From: Oligoflexales bacterium
Lineage (GTDB): Bacteria; Bdellovibrionota_B; Oligoflexia; Oligoflexales; CAIYRB01
Reading direction: 5' to 3'
Assembly: GCA_041736175.1 (NCBI GenBank)
Contig: JBGSUI010000103.1
Span: forward strand, 1 to 31,822
DNA length: 31,822 bases
Shown here: positions 1 through 8,545 of the stretch, in pieces
Position numbering within the stretch: the stretch's first letter is position 1
How the letters are laid out: each line of letters starts with the position of its first letter
Position numbers and translations under genes: made by a program
The notes under the pieces: model-generated
What the model saw: the letters and a program-made list of their open reading frames with translations, nothing else
Database searches by the model: none
Told to the model about the DNA's origin: nothing

Positions 1-30
1 TCCTTCATTTTTACTTACAAAGGACGTCTA

Positions 31-71
31 CCCCTAGACTCTTGTGAACACAATAGTTTAGGGGCTTTTTT
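31..71 (+). terminator. Probable intrinsic terminator of a gene upstream of the window
   Basis: CCCCTAGACT (31-40) pairs with AGTTTAGGGG (55-64, one G-U), inner TTGT/ACAA stem, followed by T6 (66-71). Confidence 0.6.
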
Positions 72-142
72 ATTCAACCCTAGGATAATTTGTTAATGTT
101 GGGGGGTTTTCCCCTCACGTATTGTGGTGACTCACACAAAAC

Positions 143-505
143 GTGCCGGAAGAGTCCGAGTCCGAGTCTATACCCCCGAGGGCTTTAGTACCGGTACAAA
201 ACGCGCCTAAGGATACAGTTCGACCAGGCATACCAGCTGCTATCCGACACGCCGTGTGGCTCAGAGATCAAGGCCAATATACTTGGAACGATCTAAACGG
301 CAGAAGATGTCCAGAACGGGGAATGCTTGAGCTGGATCATCGGACCATGTACTGCCGCGGCGGCGACCATACGGTGGATAACATGACTTTGAAGTGTCGC
401 AGTCATAACCAGTACGAAGCCCGCATAGATCTTGGCGAAGAGTTTTGGCAACAGAATCTAAACAAAAAAGCCGGCTTCGTTGCCAAAACCGTCGGTGGTC
501 TTTAG
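143..505 (+). pseudogene. HNH endonuclease C-terminal fragment, probably 5'-truncated or degenerate
   Basis: IPAAIRHAVWLRDQGQY...RC...LELDH...GG...N.TLKCRSHN matches the HNH (McrA-like) motif. The usual RDxGxC Cys is Tyr, an in-frame stop lies just upstream, and there is no N-terminal domain. Confidence 0.65.
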
Positions 506-516
506 CCTAATCGTAC

Positions 517-536
517 CCGCTGCTGGCGGCTTTTTT
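517..536 (+). terminator. Possible weak intrinsic terminator after the HNH ORF
   Basis: CCGC-TGCTG-GCGG hairpin followed by CTTTTTT. Confidence 0.35.
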
Positions 537-716
537 GGAATGGAGTCGGAACCAGTTTGAACCAGTGCATACTCACAGATGGACGTCGTACAGCACGAAG
601 TCCACTATTAAAACCATCCTTAAACTTGACTCGAGGACCTATAAGGTGGCATACACAATCATGGTTGATTTTTTATGTGCCTAGGACCCATCAACCACGA
701 GGTACAAGATGTTTTT

Positions 717-968
717 ATGACCGAGCCAACCGAAAAAAATCCCGATATCTTAGGACCAGGCACCACCTCCCCCCAGCCTCTCCCCCCTCCCATGTCTCTG
801 CCTCCCGAGGAACAGTTGAGAGGTTGGCGCAACGTTAAAGCGGTCTGTGAACTTTTCGATCTAGCATTCCTGATCAAGTCGACCGCTCTCAGACGTCTCC
901 ACCCAACTCAATCCGACCAGTGGATCCAAGAGGAAACCCTCAAGAGCATCGAAAGAGGTTGCAAATGA
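717..968 (+). CDS. Small helical protein, putative antitoxin (MenA1/Rv0078B-like). Start at 717 or 675
   Basis: PEEQLR...ELFDLAFLIKSTALRRLHPTQSDQWIQEE resembles small partners of DUF6036/MenT1 nucleotidyltransferases; stop overlaps the next start (ATGA 965-968). Confidence 0.6.
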   Translation: MTEPTEKNPDILGPGTTSPQPLPPPMSLPPEEQLRGWRNVKAVCELFDLAFLIKSTALRRLHPTQSDQWIQEETLKSIERGCK

Positions 969-1510
969 TTGCCCTGGACCTGGGTCTTCGGAGTACCGTT
1001 AGACAGTTCGAAAGTTCCTCAATTGCATATATGATTGTAGGCTCGATTCCCTGTGCATATTATGGAGATCCCCGTTTGACAAGGGATTTAGATCTTGTGA
1101 TCAAAGTTGATCATACGCTCGCCGCTATTTTTGCCAACGAGTTCCCCCCTGATCAGTTTTACTGTCCGCCTCATACTATTATGATTCAGGAATTTGCCCG
1201 AAGGGGACAATTTAATCTCTTGCACCTTCCATCGGGACTAAAGATTGATTGTGTGATCCAAAAAAATACCGCCCATGGTAAATCTGAGTTTGAGCGCCGA
1301 CGGCGGCTGCTTATTTTACCTGACTTAGAAGCATGGGTTGCAGCTCCAGAAGATATCATCATCGCAAAAATGCGTTTTTACCGAGAGGGAGAGTCCGACA
1401 AACACCTTCGAGATATTCGTGGTGTTTTAGCTCAAACTCCGGTCGATCAAGACTTCCTCCAACATTGGGTCAACCTCCTTGGACTTAGTGAGGTTTGGGC
1501 TAAGATTTAG
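965..1510 (+). CDS. Nucleotidyltransferase, DUF6036/AbiEii/MenT1-like putative toxin
   Basis: YMIVGS...YGDPRLTRDLDLVI (G-S, DxD catalytic motif) and C-terminal VAAPEDIIIAK...KHLRDI; ATG 965 coupled to the upstream stop. Confidence 0.8.
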   Translation: MIALDLGLRSTVRQFESSSIAYMIVGSIPCAYYGDPRLTRDLDLVIKVDHTLAAIFANEFPPDQFYCPPHTIMIQEFARRGQFNLLHLPSGLKIDCVIQKNTAHGKSEFERRRRLLILPDLEAWVAAPEDIIIAKMRFYREGESDKHLRDIRGVLAQTPVDQDFLQHWVNLLGLSEVWAKI

Positions 1511-1688
1511 GCCTTTGGTAGAATCCGTCTAAACCCATGTTTTTTAAAAACCCCACTTTTTCATTTTAGCGTCGTACAAAATAATCGACGCAGATTTGGA
1601 TGAGCTTCCGTTCAAAGAGTAACAATAGATTGTTTTTATTGGTTAATAAAACAATTTTTGTGGGATTTTTAAATTTCTATCATTATCT

Positions 1689-1713
1689 TTAAGTTTTTTT
1701 AAAAAAGAACGAC
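1689..1713 (+). promoter_or_regulatory. Possible sigma28 (FliA)-type promoter, degenerate
   Basis: TTAAG-N14-AACGAC with the same AAG-to-CGA spacing as the motifs at 17360 and 29139. Confidence 0.35.
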
Positions 1714-1798
1714 GTAGGACTTTGGTGGCAGTAGAGGTCCACCTGATTCATTCAACCGAATGAATTAAGCGCGAACCCAGTATACCTAGAGGTAAAAC

Positions 1799-3886
1799 AT
1801 GAAAACTCTAATTTACATCAACTGTCTATTGCTTTTGGCCTGTGAGAGTAAGGTTGATTTTAGTGGCCGTAGTTTAGACAAAATCCAGGTGAGGGTCCTA
1901 GCTGACCAGGAGTTTAAATCCTCATTGATTGGAGACATGGAAACAACCTACAAACCCCAATATGGCATCATTCAGGATCAGCTCACGCTTAAGGAAAAGC
2001 CTCTCCTTAAGGCCAAAATACGCCAAATCGACCGCGAAAAGGTCGCTGAGATTTTTTTGCAGGGGCATGATGGCGATACGATTACACAAGAATTCGATAT
2101 CTCTGCTGCTGGTAAGCTTGACTTGTTATTGATTATCGATAACTCAGGATCGATGGGTGAGGAACAACAAGAATTAGGGGAAAACCTCAAGGCACTCACT
2201 AAACACATGGACAATGTCGACTGGCAGATTGGGATCTTGACGACCGACGAATGCAATCTCCACAACGCTGCAAGGTCTATGAAACCAATTCGCAAGGACG
2301 ACACCGATGCTCTAGTCAACTTCGAACAAACCGTTAAAGGACTAGGGACCAGTGGTAGTCGTGACGAAATGGGCATAAAAACGGTCATGCAACATCTCCT
2401 CGGACAGTGTCCCACAGGAAACAACTCTTGGATTAGAAAAGACTCCGTCCTAGGTGTGTTTTTTGTCAGTGACGAAGAAAACGAATGCGATGCCGCCTGC
2501 AAAGACGATAAGGGTGTGGCCTGGGGCCCGGATGAGCTTATCTCTCTTATGAACTCCCTACGTAAACCCGGCGAACTCAAAGCATACGGCCTTTTGTGGA
2601 ACCGTGACGTCGCAGGAAAAGGCAGCCATAATCCACAGTGCCGACGCGACGCGGGAGTGGAGACCTACAGCCAGCGCTACTCAAAGGTGATCCAGGCCTT
2701 TAATGGTATCGAACGTTCTCTTTGTCTTGACAATAGTCCTGTGACTAACGACTACCAACCCCTCTTAGAAGTCGTCTCTAAAGACGTAAGCCGGGTGATT
2801 CGCAATGAGTTTGATCTCAAGCTAGACCCTGTTCCTGGGACCATAAAAGTGGATATTGACGGAGCTCTGACCAGTGATATTTCAATTCAGGGCCGAAAAG
2901 TGACCCTTAAAAATGCGCGAGGTGATCAGATCAAACTTAAAGTCGAATTTAGATCCGGACCTGTACCGCGCTTTGATCAGGTGATCCTCGCAAAACCAGT
3001 CGCTGAAAACACGATCGATGTAACGATTGATAACAAAGCTAACAGTGATTTTGTCCTCGAAGGTAAAAAACTTTATTTCCCCCTAAGACCTCTTGATCGA
3101 GCCCAAGTCAAGGTTAACTACCGAAAAGACACCCCCCTCTTGATCCAGTTCCCTGTGGGTGATATTCCGGTCGAAAACGCCGTCAAAAATGTCTCTATAA
3201 GGGGAAAGCCTGTCGCTGATTGGAGCTATAATGCCTCCACCCGCTCGATAGAGTTGGCCGAACCACCTCCAGACAACGAAGAATTAGACCTGGAATACCT
3301 AGAGAAAAATCCTAAAGTGAACAGCTATCCGATTCCAGAAAAAAGACCAAACCCTAAACGATTTGATGTATTTGACCCGGAAACTGATGCCGAAGTACCC
3401 TATAAAATAGAAAACGACCTCATCATTTTTGATGGTGAAGACGTCGTAGAAGGCCGAAAACTAGTCATGGAATACAACTATGGCGATAGCACAGATGTGC
3501 TATCCCAGGAATTAGCCCAAGATCCACTGGAAGACAGCGTCGTCGTTCGAGCCACTGGTGGTGCCACAAGTTGTATCGAAGACGTTAAGGTCGAAGGGAG
3601 AATTCTCACGTTTTCCTGCGACAGCGCTCAGATTGGAGATGTTAACGTCAAGTACCAATATGTCCTTGAAAGATACTTTAACTTTAAACTCGAAAAGAAA
3701 ATCCCTCCAGAAGCCACCATCCAAGTCTTTGTGGATCGAATGGCCATTAAGGACTTCCAGTGGAAAGACGGGGTCGTTACAGTCCCTGACCGCTATCTTC
3801 AGCTCGATTCTAAAGTGAGGGTCATGGCGACCATAGAGGAATCTGTGCCTATCGAACCAGATGCTGAGACTCCACCTAAAACCTAA
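1799..3886 (+). CDS. VWA-domain lipoprotein with repeated C-terminal beta modules (adhesin-like)
   Basis: Lipobox LLAC; MIDAS motif LLIIDNSGSM, also GILTTD and FVSDEE; recurring F-x-L...P...I-x-V modules; RBS GAGGT. Confidence 0.8.
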   Translation: MKTLIYINCLLLLACESKVDFSGRSLDKIQVRVLADQEFKSSLIGDMETTYKPQYGIIQDQLTLKEKPLLKAKIRQIDREKVAEIFLQGHDGDTITQEFDISAAGKLDLLLIIDNSGSMGEEQQELGENLKALTKHMDNVDWQIGILTTDECNLHNAARSMKPIRKDDTDALVNFEQTVKGLGTSGSRDEMGIKTVMQHLLGQCPTGNNSWIRKDSVLGVFFVSDEENECDAACKDDKGVAWGPDELISLMNSLRKPGELKAYGLLWNRDVAGKGSHNPQCRRDAGVETYSQRYSKVIQAFNGIERSLCLDNSPVTNDYQPLLEVVSKDVSRVIRNEFDLKLDPVPGTIKVDIDGALTSDISIQGRKVTLKNARGDQIKLKVEFRSGPVPRFDQVILAKPVAENTIDVTIDNKANSDFVLEGKKLYFPLRPLDRAQVKVNYRKDTPLLIQFPVGDIPVENAVKNVSIRGKPVADWSYNASTRSIELAEPPPDNEELDLEYLEKNPKVNSYPIPEKRPNPKRFDVFDPETDAEVPYKIENDLIIFDGEDVVEGRKLVMEYNYGDSTDVLSQELAQDPLEDSVVVRATGGATSCIEDVKVEGRILTFSCDSAQIGDVNVKYQYVLERYFNFKLEKKIPPEATIQVFVDRMAIKDFQWKDGVVTVPDRYLQLDSKVRVMATIEESVPIEPDAETPPKT

Positions 3887-3893
3887 GGACCGT

Positions 3894-6080
3894 TTAGCCC
3901 TTGGACTTAAAAAAGACATTGATGTTATTTTTCTTCTTGTCATAGATAACGCGGCATATTTTGGAGTAATCGCCGCTACAAAAGGCGGCCTTTTGGTAGT
4001 TTCCAATGGCCTTACCCATCATCAAGATCTCCCCGCTCACCGGTTTGACCGCAAATCTTAGGGGATTGGTTTTTTGTCCTTTGATCAAAAACCGGAGATC
4101 CGTATAGATGCCCTCAGCCTTATGGTATTCGACACCATAGTTTCCAAGATTGAAGAGTGAGGTGTAGTCAGCATCAGGATCGGGCTCGTACCGCCGAAAC
4201 TCCGCCTCGGCCACGCCCATCACCAACTGATTAGAGTCTTTAAGGTAGTTAAGGTGGCAGGAGAGAGCGTATTTTCCCGAGCAGAGGTAGACGAGGTCTC
4301 CTGAGATTTCTCCTACTTTGACGTTTTTGCGTTTCCGTGAGTCGTCATTAAATAGAATCACATTATTTTCAAAGATCAGGTCGAGAGTTTGGCTCACCTT
4401 ACTGGTATCGGGGTGCTGACCCCTGATAGAAAACCGAGAACCATCGACTTTGTACTGAACTCTAAGCAAGGTGCCATCCCGGGAGACCAAGCGTCCAAAA
4501 GAGAATCCATCTCCCGTGACACCTGGAGTTGGCGCAGGTGCGGGGATATCAGCCGCAGCAATGGGTGCAGGCTGAGGGGGCGGTTCCCCAGGATTAGCCA
4601 CGGGCACCACAGCAGGAGGTGGTTCCGGCGCCGGTGCAGGGGGCGTTACGGGTCCTTGGGGAGCTGCTGGAATCCCACCCGCTGGTTGAAACTTGGACTT
4701 GAGATAGGAAAGGTCCACGTCAACATCAGTCACAAAGTCAAAAGACCCCCCGTCGCGGTATTCGTTAAACCACGCCAGGGTCATACACGAAAAACCATTG
4801 GCTCCCCAGCCTGTTCCCCAAGAGTTTCTGATCACAAAACACATCCCGCCTTCGCCTGGGAATTCTGCCTCGTTGAGTTTGCGCATACCGACGATCAGGT
4901 AGGCGTGCCCACCAGCGTGGGGACCAAACCCTGGTTTTTTAGACTTTGCAAGGGTGATCATACCATCGTTGTTTTGCCAATTTTCGGTGAGCACGGTTCC
5001 TACTGGGATCGGGAGATCGTAGGTTTTTATGTAATCAAAAATCTCCTGTGCCGAACGAACCGAATTTGAGCGAAGCTCTTTGGTGCCATCACTCCAAGAT
5101 ATATCATAGGTCCGAGTCAACCCTTTAACCTTGACAGCCCCTCTTTTACAGGGGGTTCCTTGGGGAATTTGCAATTCATTGGGACCAGGTTGTGGGACAT
5201 AGGGACAGTCTTCTTCGATGGGAATGTTGTAGGGGGAAGTATCCGTGGGGGGCGCTCCTCCCCCGTCGCCAAAACTTATCCGGTAGCCATTTTCCCATGC
5301 TGAACCACCGTCCGTATCCACTTGTCCACCATGGGGCCATAGGTCAGAGCGTGAAAGCATATAAAACCGTTGCTCGGAAAGATCGACTCCTTGGAGGTCC
5401 TGACCATGCTTTTTGAGAATAAGGTATTCCAGTCCAGCGATGCCCGTAAAAGAGGCGCAGGTCCCCCGGCTCCCCTGGTTTTTGATAGGCACTCGGTGCA
5501 TATTGGAAATCAAAATTTCGGTTTTCCCATTCCAGGCCCCTTCGCTAAGATTAACTTGGTCATTTTTAGGATCAAAAGTCCGATCTTTTTTCGGTAAACT
5601 ATCCCACTCATTCGCTATTAAGTTGAGTTTATTGCCACTTGGTTTTTTCTCATTAACAAGAGATTCGATTTTGGGGAGCTTAAATTTCCCTGAATCGAAA
5701 CCAATTTTATTGGGAGCCGTAGCCGTCAAGTAATCGACCGTGCCACTATCGACTTCGGGAATATCACTTTCAGCCACGGTCAAACCTAAAAGCTTCAGCT
5801 GCTCCTCAGATGACTCTTTTGCTCCTAGGTTTAGAGCCGCTTGGGCGGCTTTGGGATCAACGGGTGCCGCTCCGGGGACCGTTAAAAAAAAGTTGACCAC
5901 ATCCTCCCCAGGCACAGGCTCGTAGTTTGATTCGGCAAACAGAGAGTCTTCGAGATCCTTTGCCGCTTTTTTAGCTGCACCACAGCCCGATAATATCCCT
6001 AAGAAACCGGCCATAAGACCTAAACATACATAACCGACTAACCGGCCTCCTAAACAGAAGGATCCCCCGTAATATGTCAT
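3894..6080 (-). CDS. Papain-family (C1A) cysteine protease lipoprotein with Pro-rich linker and C-terminal domains
   Basis: KNQGSRGTCASF (oxyanion Q, catalytic C), DLSEQ, GGHAYLIVG (H), RNSWGTGWGANGF (N); lipobox LSGC; start placed at ATG 6080. Confidence 0.88.
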   Translation of the reverse strand: MTYYGGSFCLGGRLVGYVCLGLMAGFLGILSGCGAAKKAAKDLEDSLFAESNYEPVPGEDVVNFFLTVPGAAPVDPKAAQAALNLGAKESSEEQLKLLGLTVAESDIPEVDSGTVDYLTATAPNKIGFDSGKFKLPKIESLVNEKKPSGNKLNLIANEWDSLPKKDRTFDPKNDQVNLSEGAWNGKTEILISNMHRVPIKNQGSRGTCASFTGIAGLEYLILKKHGQDLQGVDLSEQRFYMLSRSDLWPHGGQVDTDGGSAWENGYRISFGDGGGAPPTDTSPYNIPIEEDCPYVPQPGPNELQIPQGTPCKRGAVKVKGLTRTYDISWSDGTKELRSNSVRSAQEIFDYIKTYDLPIPVGTVLTENWQNNDGMITLAKSKKPGFGPHAGGHAYLIVGMRKLNEAEFPGEGGMCFVIRNSWGTGWGANGFSCMTLAWFNEYRDGGSFDFVTDVDVDLSYLKSKFQPAGGIPAAPQGPVTPPAPAPEPPPAVVPVANPGEPPPQPAPIAAADIPAPAPTPGVTGDGFSFGRLVSRDGTLLRVQYKVDGSRFSIRGQHPDTSKVSQTLDLIFENNVILFNDDSRKRKNVKVGEISGDLVYLCSGKYALSCHLNYLKDSNQLVMGVAEAEFRRYEPDPDADYTSLFNLGNYGVEYHKAEGIYTDLRFLIKGQKTNPLRFAVKPVSGEILMMGKAIGNYQKAAFCSGDYSKICRVIYDKKKNNINVFFKSKG

Positions 6081-6215
6081 AAAATTCCCTTTTTTTCCCG
6101 TATGACCAAATACCAAAGTCAAGGATCATGGATCGCGAAACAGAGTCGCTATGAATATTTTAAAGTACAAATAGATTATAATAACGAATAAGACCTTTCC
6201 ACAAGGACCTACCCC

Positions 6216-7163
6216 ATGGGCATAAGATCAAAACAACTCCTACTATCTTCAAGATCGCTTTGGATGCTCCTCTTCAGCTTTTTCATGATTGGAGCAGCTC
6301 CTACTAAGACCGAAAGCCCACAGCAAAGGAGTCTTGGTATTAATTTTTGGAGTCGAAAGGTTGGGCCTCATCACGATACTCCAAATCCACCAAAAATTGC
6401 TGAAAAGTTTGTTCCATTTAAAGACTTTAAAATCACCAAAAGAAAAATTTATGACGCCCAATATGGCCGCTCAGAGTCCTACCGGGGAATTGGTCTCCAA
6501 AAAATATTGGCGAAATACAAACCACAGCCCCATGACGATGCATTCGTCCTCCATTTCCAAAACAAAATGGCAATTTTGCTTCCACGTCACAGCCAGACTT
6601 TTGCAAAGCTTTCTCCCTTTATTGCTCTAGAAATTTGTCCGCCCAAAAAGGGACCTTGCGACAGCCAATTTCCAGACATATCCAAAGATGAGATCGATTC
6701 GCCCTACCATGACCCCCGTCCTCTCACCTTTCAAAACACCAAGATCGTGGTTAAGAACTTAGAGCACCCCGATATCATCAACCCAACAAAACCGATTTTT
6801 TCGCCGTGGAAGTATGTTGATAGCCTAGTAGGGGTTGAGTATGTAAATTTAGAGGCCTACAAAAAACAGTTTTCTTTCGGCGAAGAGACTGGCGAAAAGG
6901 TTTTTTGGCAACGGTGCCAGTTTTGTCATGGGGTTCGTCTGATCGGGTCTCGGATGGGATGGGACTTTGTCCATCCCCTGCCCATTTATGAAAAAAGGTC
7001 CCCGGAAATTCTCTTGAATCATATAAAATACCCTAAAATCCGGGCCAAACTGATGGGACTGATGATGCCCAACCAACCTGATATGGAAATTTCGGAAGCC
7101 GAGAGCCTTTGGAAATGGCTTAAGGTCGCGGCCCAAAAGCCGACTCCTGAATACAGACCCTAG
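6216..7163 (+). CDS. Exported monoheme c-type cytochrome with an N-terminal extra domain
   Basis: Signal peptide; GEKVFWQRCQFCH heme motif, distal Met in LMMP, C-terminal helix. Confidence 0.8.
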   Translation: MGIRSKQLLLSSRSLWMLLFSFFMIGAAPTKTESPQQRSLGINFWSRKVGPHHDTPNPPKIAEKFVPFKDFKITKRKIYDAQYGRSESYRGIGLQKILAKYKPQPHDDAFVLHFQNKMAILLPRHSQTFAKLSPFIALEICPPKKGPCDSQFPDISKDEIDSPYHDPRPLTFQNTKIVVKNLEHPDIINPTKPIFSPWKYVDSLVGVEYVNLEAYKKQFSFGEETGEKVFWQRCQFCHGVRLIGSRMGWDFVHPLPIYEKRSPEILLNHIKYPKIRAKLMGLMMPNQPDMEISEAESLWKWLKVAAQKPTPEYRP

Positions 7164-7699
7164 GGATTTGCTGGGGCGGTATTGGGGGCTGTGTTAGGAT
7201 TCGTTGCTGGGGCGGTATTGGCTCCAACGCCCGGGGCCGACGGAACTCCTCCACCAGGTGTTGATCTTTGAAACTTGACCACTCGATGGTCTGGTTTTCC
7301 CGTACTATCGGTTGCAATAAAATTTATGGTCGTGTCATCCCCAAGGGCATTGGGCAACTTCACCACAAAAAATTTGGGTTTACCGGCTGCGTTCACCGAT
7401 GTGAGAGGGACTCCAGGTTGATAGGCCGTTGTGTTTGCAGGTTGGCAGTTGGTCAGGCCGGTACAAAACTTTAGGCCAGTCGTCGAGGTCGAGGCTGCAA
7501 CGACGAGTTGATTTGAGCTAAGATTTGCCAAGTTAACCTTGATACTGCCCGTATAGCTAAAGTCACCGAGAGTAAAGGAGTCAACGCTTGGAGAACCGCA
7601 ACCGACAAGGTTGTTCCCCAGAAAAATCCAGGTGATACCGATGCCTAGAAGAACATCGATCTTTATAGCTAATCTAAGTGTTTTTTCCCATGATCCCAC
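7160..7699 (-). CDS. Hypothetical lipoprotein with Pro/Ala/Asn/Thr tail
   Basis: GTG start with RBS AGGA, lipobox LVGC, NTAP repeats at the C-terminus. Confidence 0.7.
   Translation of the reverse strand: MGSWEKTLRLAIKIDVLLGIGITWIFLGNNLVGCGSPSVDSFTLGDFSYTGSIKVNLANLSSNQLVVAASTSTTGLKFCTGLTNCQPANTTAYQPGVPLTSVNAAGKPKFFVVKLPNALGDDTTINFIATDSTGKPDHRVVKFQRSTPGGGVPSAPGVGANTAPATNPNTAPNTAPANP
7168..7221. repeat. 18-bp direct repeat encoding NTAPA units
   Basis: TTGCTGGGGCGGTATTGG at 7168-7185 and 7204-7221. Confidence 0.8.
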
Positions 7700-7737
7700 G
7701 ATAGATCCTTTCCTGAGAGATATTTCCCATCATGCTG

Positions 7738-8418
7738 TTACTGGGCGAATTGACCTGCCTGCCATTGTTTGAATAAATCTTTTTCTTGAGGCGTTAACTG
7801 GGGACTTCCTGCTTTTGGCATCGACCCTGCAACGATTCTCTGGACACTATCCTGGGCCAGAGTGGGGGTAGGGTAAACATCCAATGGACTGGAAGATCGC
7901 GTACCTCCCGCCTTATGACAGGTGACGCAGTACCTTTCTAGAAGTGGTTTTATTTGGACAGCATAGGTGACGCTCGCAGTAGCAGCGGTCGAACCTGTGG
8001 GAGCCCCACTTCCTGCGGGTGGATTGGTTGTGGCGGGAGGGATTGCTGTCCCACCTGTGCTCGGCGGAGGAGACTGGGAGGGTTCCAAGTCAGTCAACTT
8101 CCATCCATTGGGTTGATCTGTGGTCCCTGCCCAACCATCTAGGAGTTTGGCTGCCTCAGTCTTGTCGGGTCCGGCCCCTAAGTTGGAGGGCTCTTTCGGC
8201 AGGGTGCCTGGGGCCGGATTCTTTCCCTCACCTTTTTCTGCTGGACCGCTCCCTTTTTGGGGGTCATAACTACCTTTACTTTCAGGAACCGTGGTGTCGA
8301 TCTGCCCTTCTTTGCGCGCCTGGCATCCAGACCACAGGATGACTCCAAGAGTCCATACCAAAAAGACCAATAAACTCTGGCTAGTTAACTTCGCTTCTTG
8401 TTTTTCTAAGTGAGCCAT
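7738..8418 (-). CDS. Lipoprotein with low-complexity linker and C-terminal c-type cytochrome domain
   Basis: Lipobox WSGC; VTY..QIKPLLERYCVTCH...SMP...LT..EK..F..W; GGAG RBS before ATG 8418. Confidence 0.8.
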   Translation of the reverse strand: MAHLEKQEAKLTSQSLLVFLVWTLGVILWSGCQARKEGQIDTTVPESKGSYDPQKGSGPAEKGEGKNPAPGTLPKEPSNLGAGPDKTEAAKLLDGWAGTTDQPNGWKLTDLEPSQSPPPSTGGTAIPPATTNPPAGSGAPTGSTAATASVTYAVQIKPLLERYCVTCHKAGGTRSSSPLDVYPTPTLAQDSVQRIVAGSMPKAGSPQLTPQEKDLFKQWQAGQFAQ

Positions 8419-8492
8419 ATCGATCACTCCATGCTGCTGAGAGCTTCCCTTTGCGAAAAGACTTTAAACCATCTAAAGAGAGATACTCTTTC

Positions 8493-8521
8493 CTTTTCGG
8501 TTTTTTTACACAAAAACTTTA
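8493..8521 (-). promoter_or_regulatory. Sigma28 (FliA)-type promoter
   Basis: Minus strand TAAAG-N15-ACCGAAAA upstream of the cytochrome lipoprotein. Confidence 0.55.
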
Positions 8522-8545
8522 AATAATGCAAATTAAACTATAATA

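Noticed and set aside
557..877. ORFs 557-838(+) and 659-877(-)
   Set aside because: They overlap the better-supported antitoxin-like ORF and show no motifs or RBS
1724..1765. GTAGAGGT plus two short hairpins upstream of the VWA gene (lysine riboswitch-like start)
   Set aside because: Only ~60 nt to the start codon and the other conserved elements are absent
4389..5069. 226-aa antisense ORF and other shadow ORFs inside long genes (e.g. 1978-2580, 30188-30703)
   Set aside because: They lie opposite or within well-supported CDSs and have atypical composition
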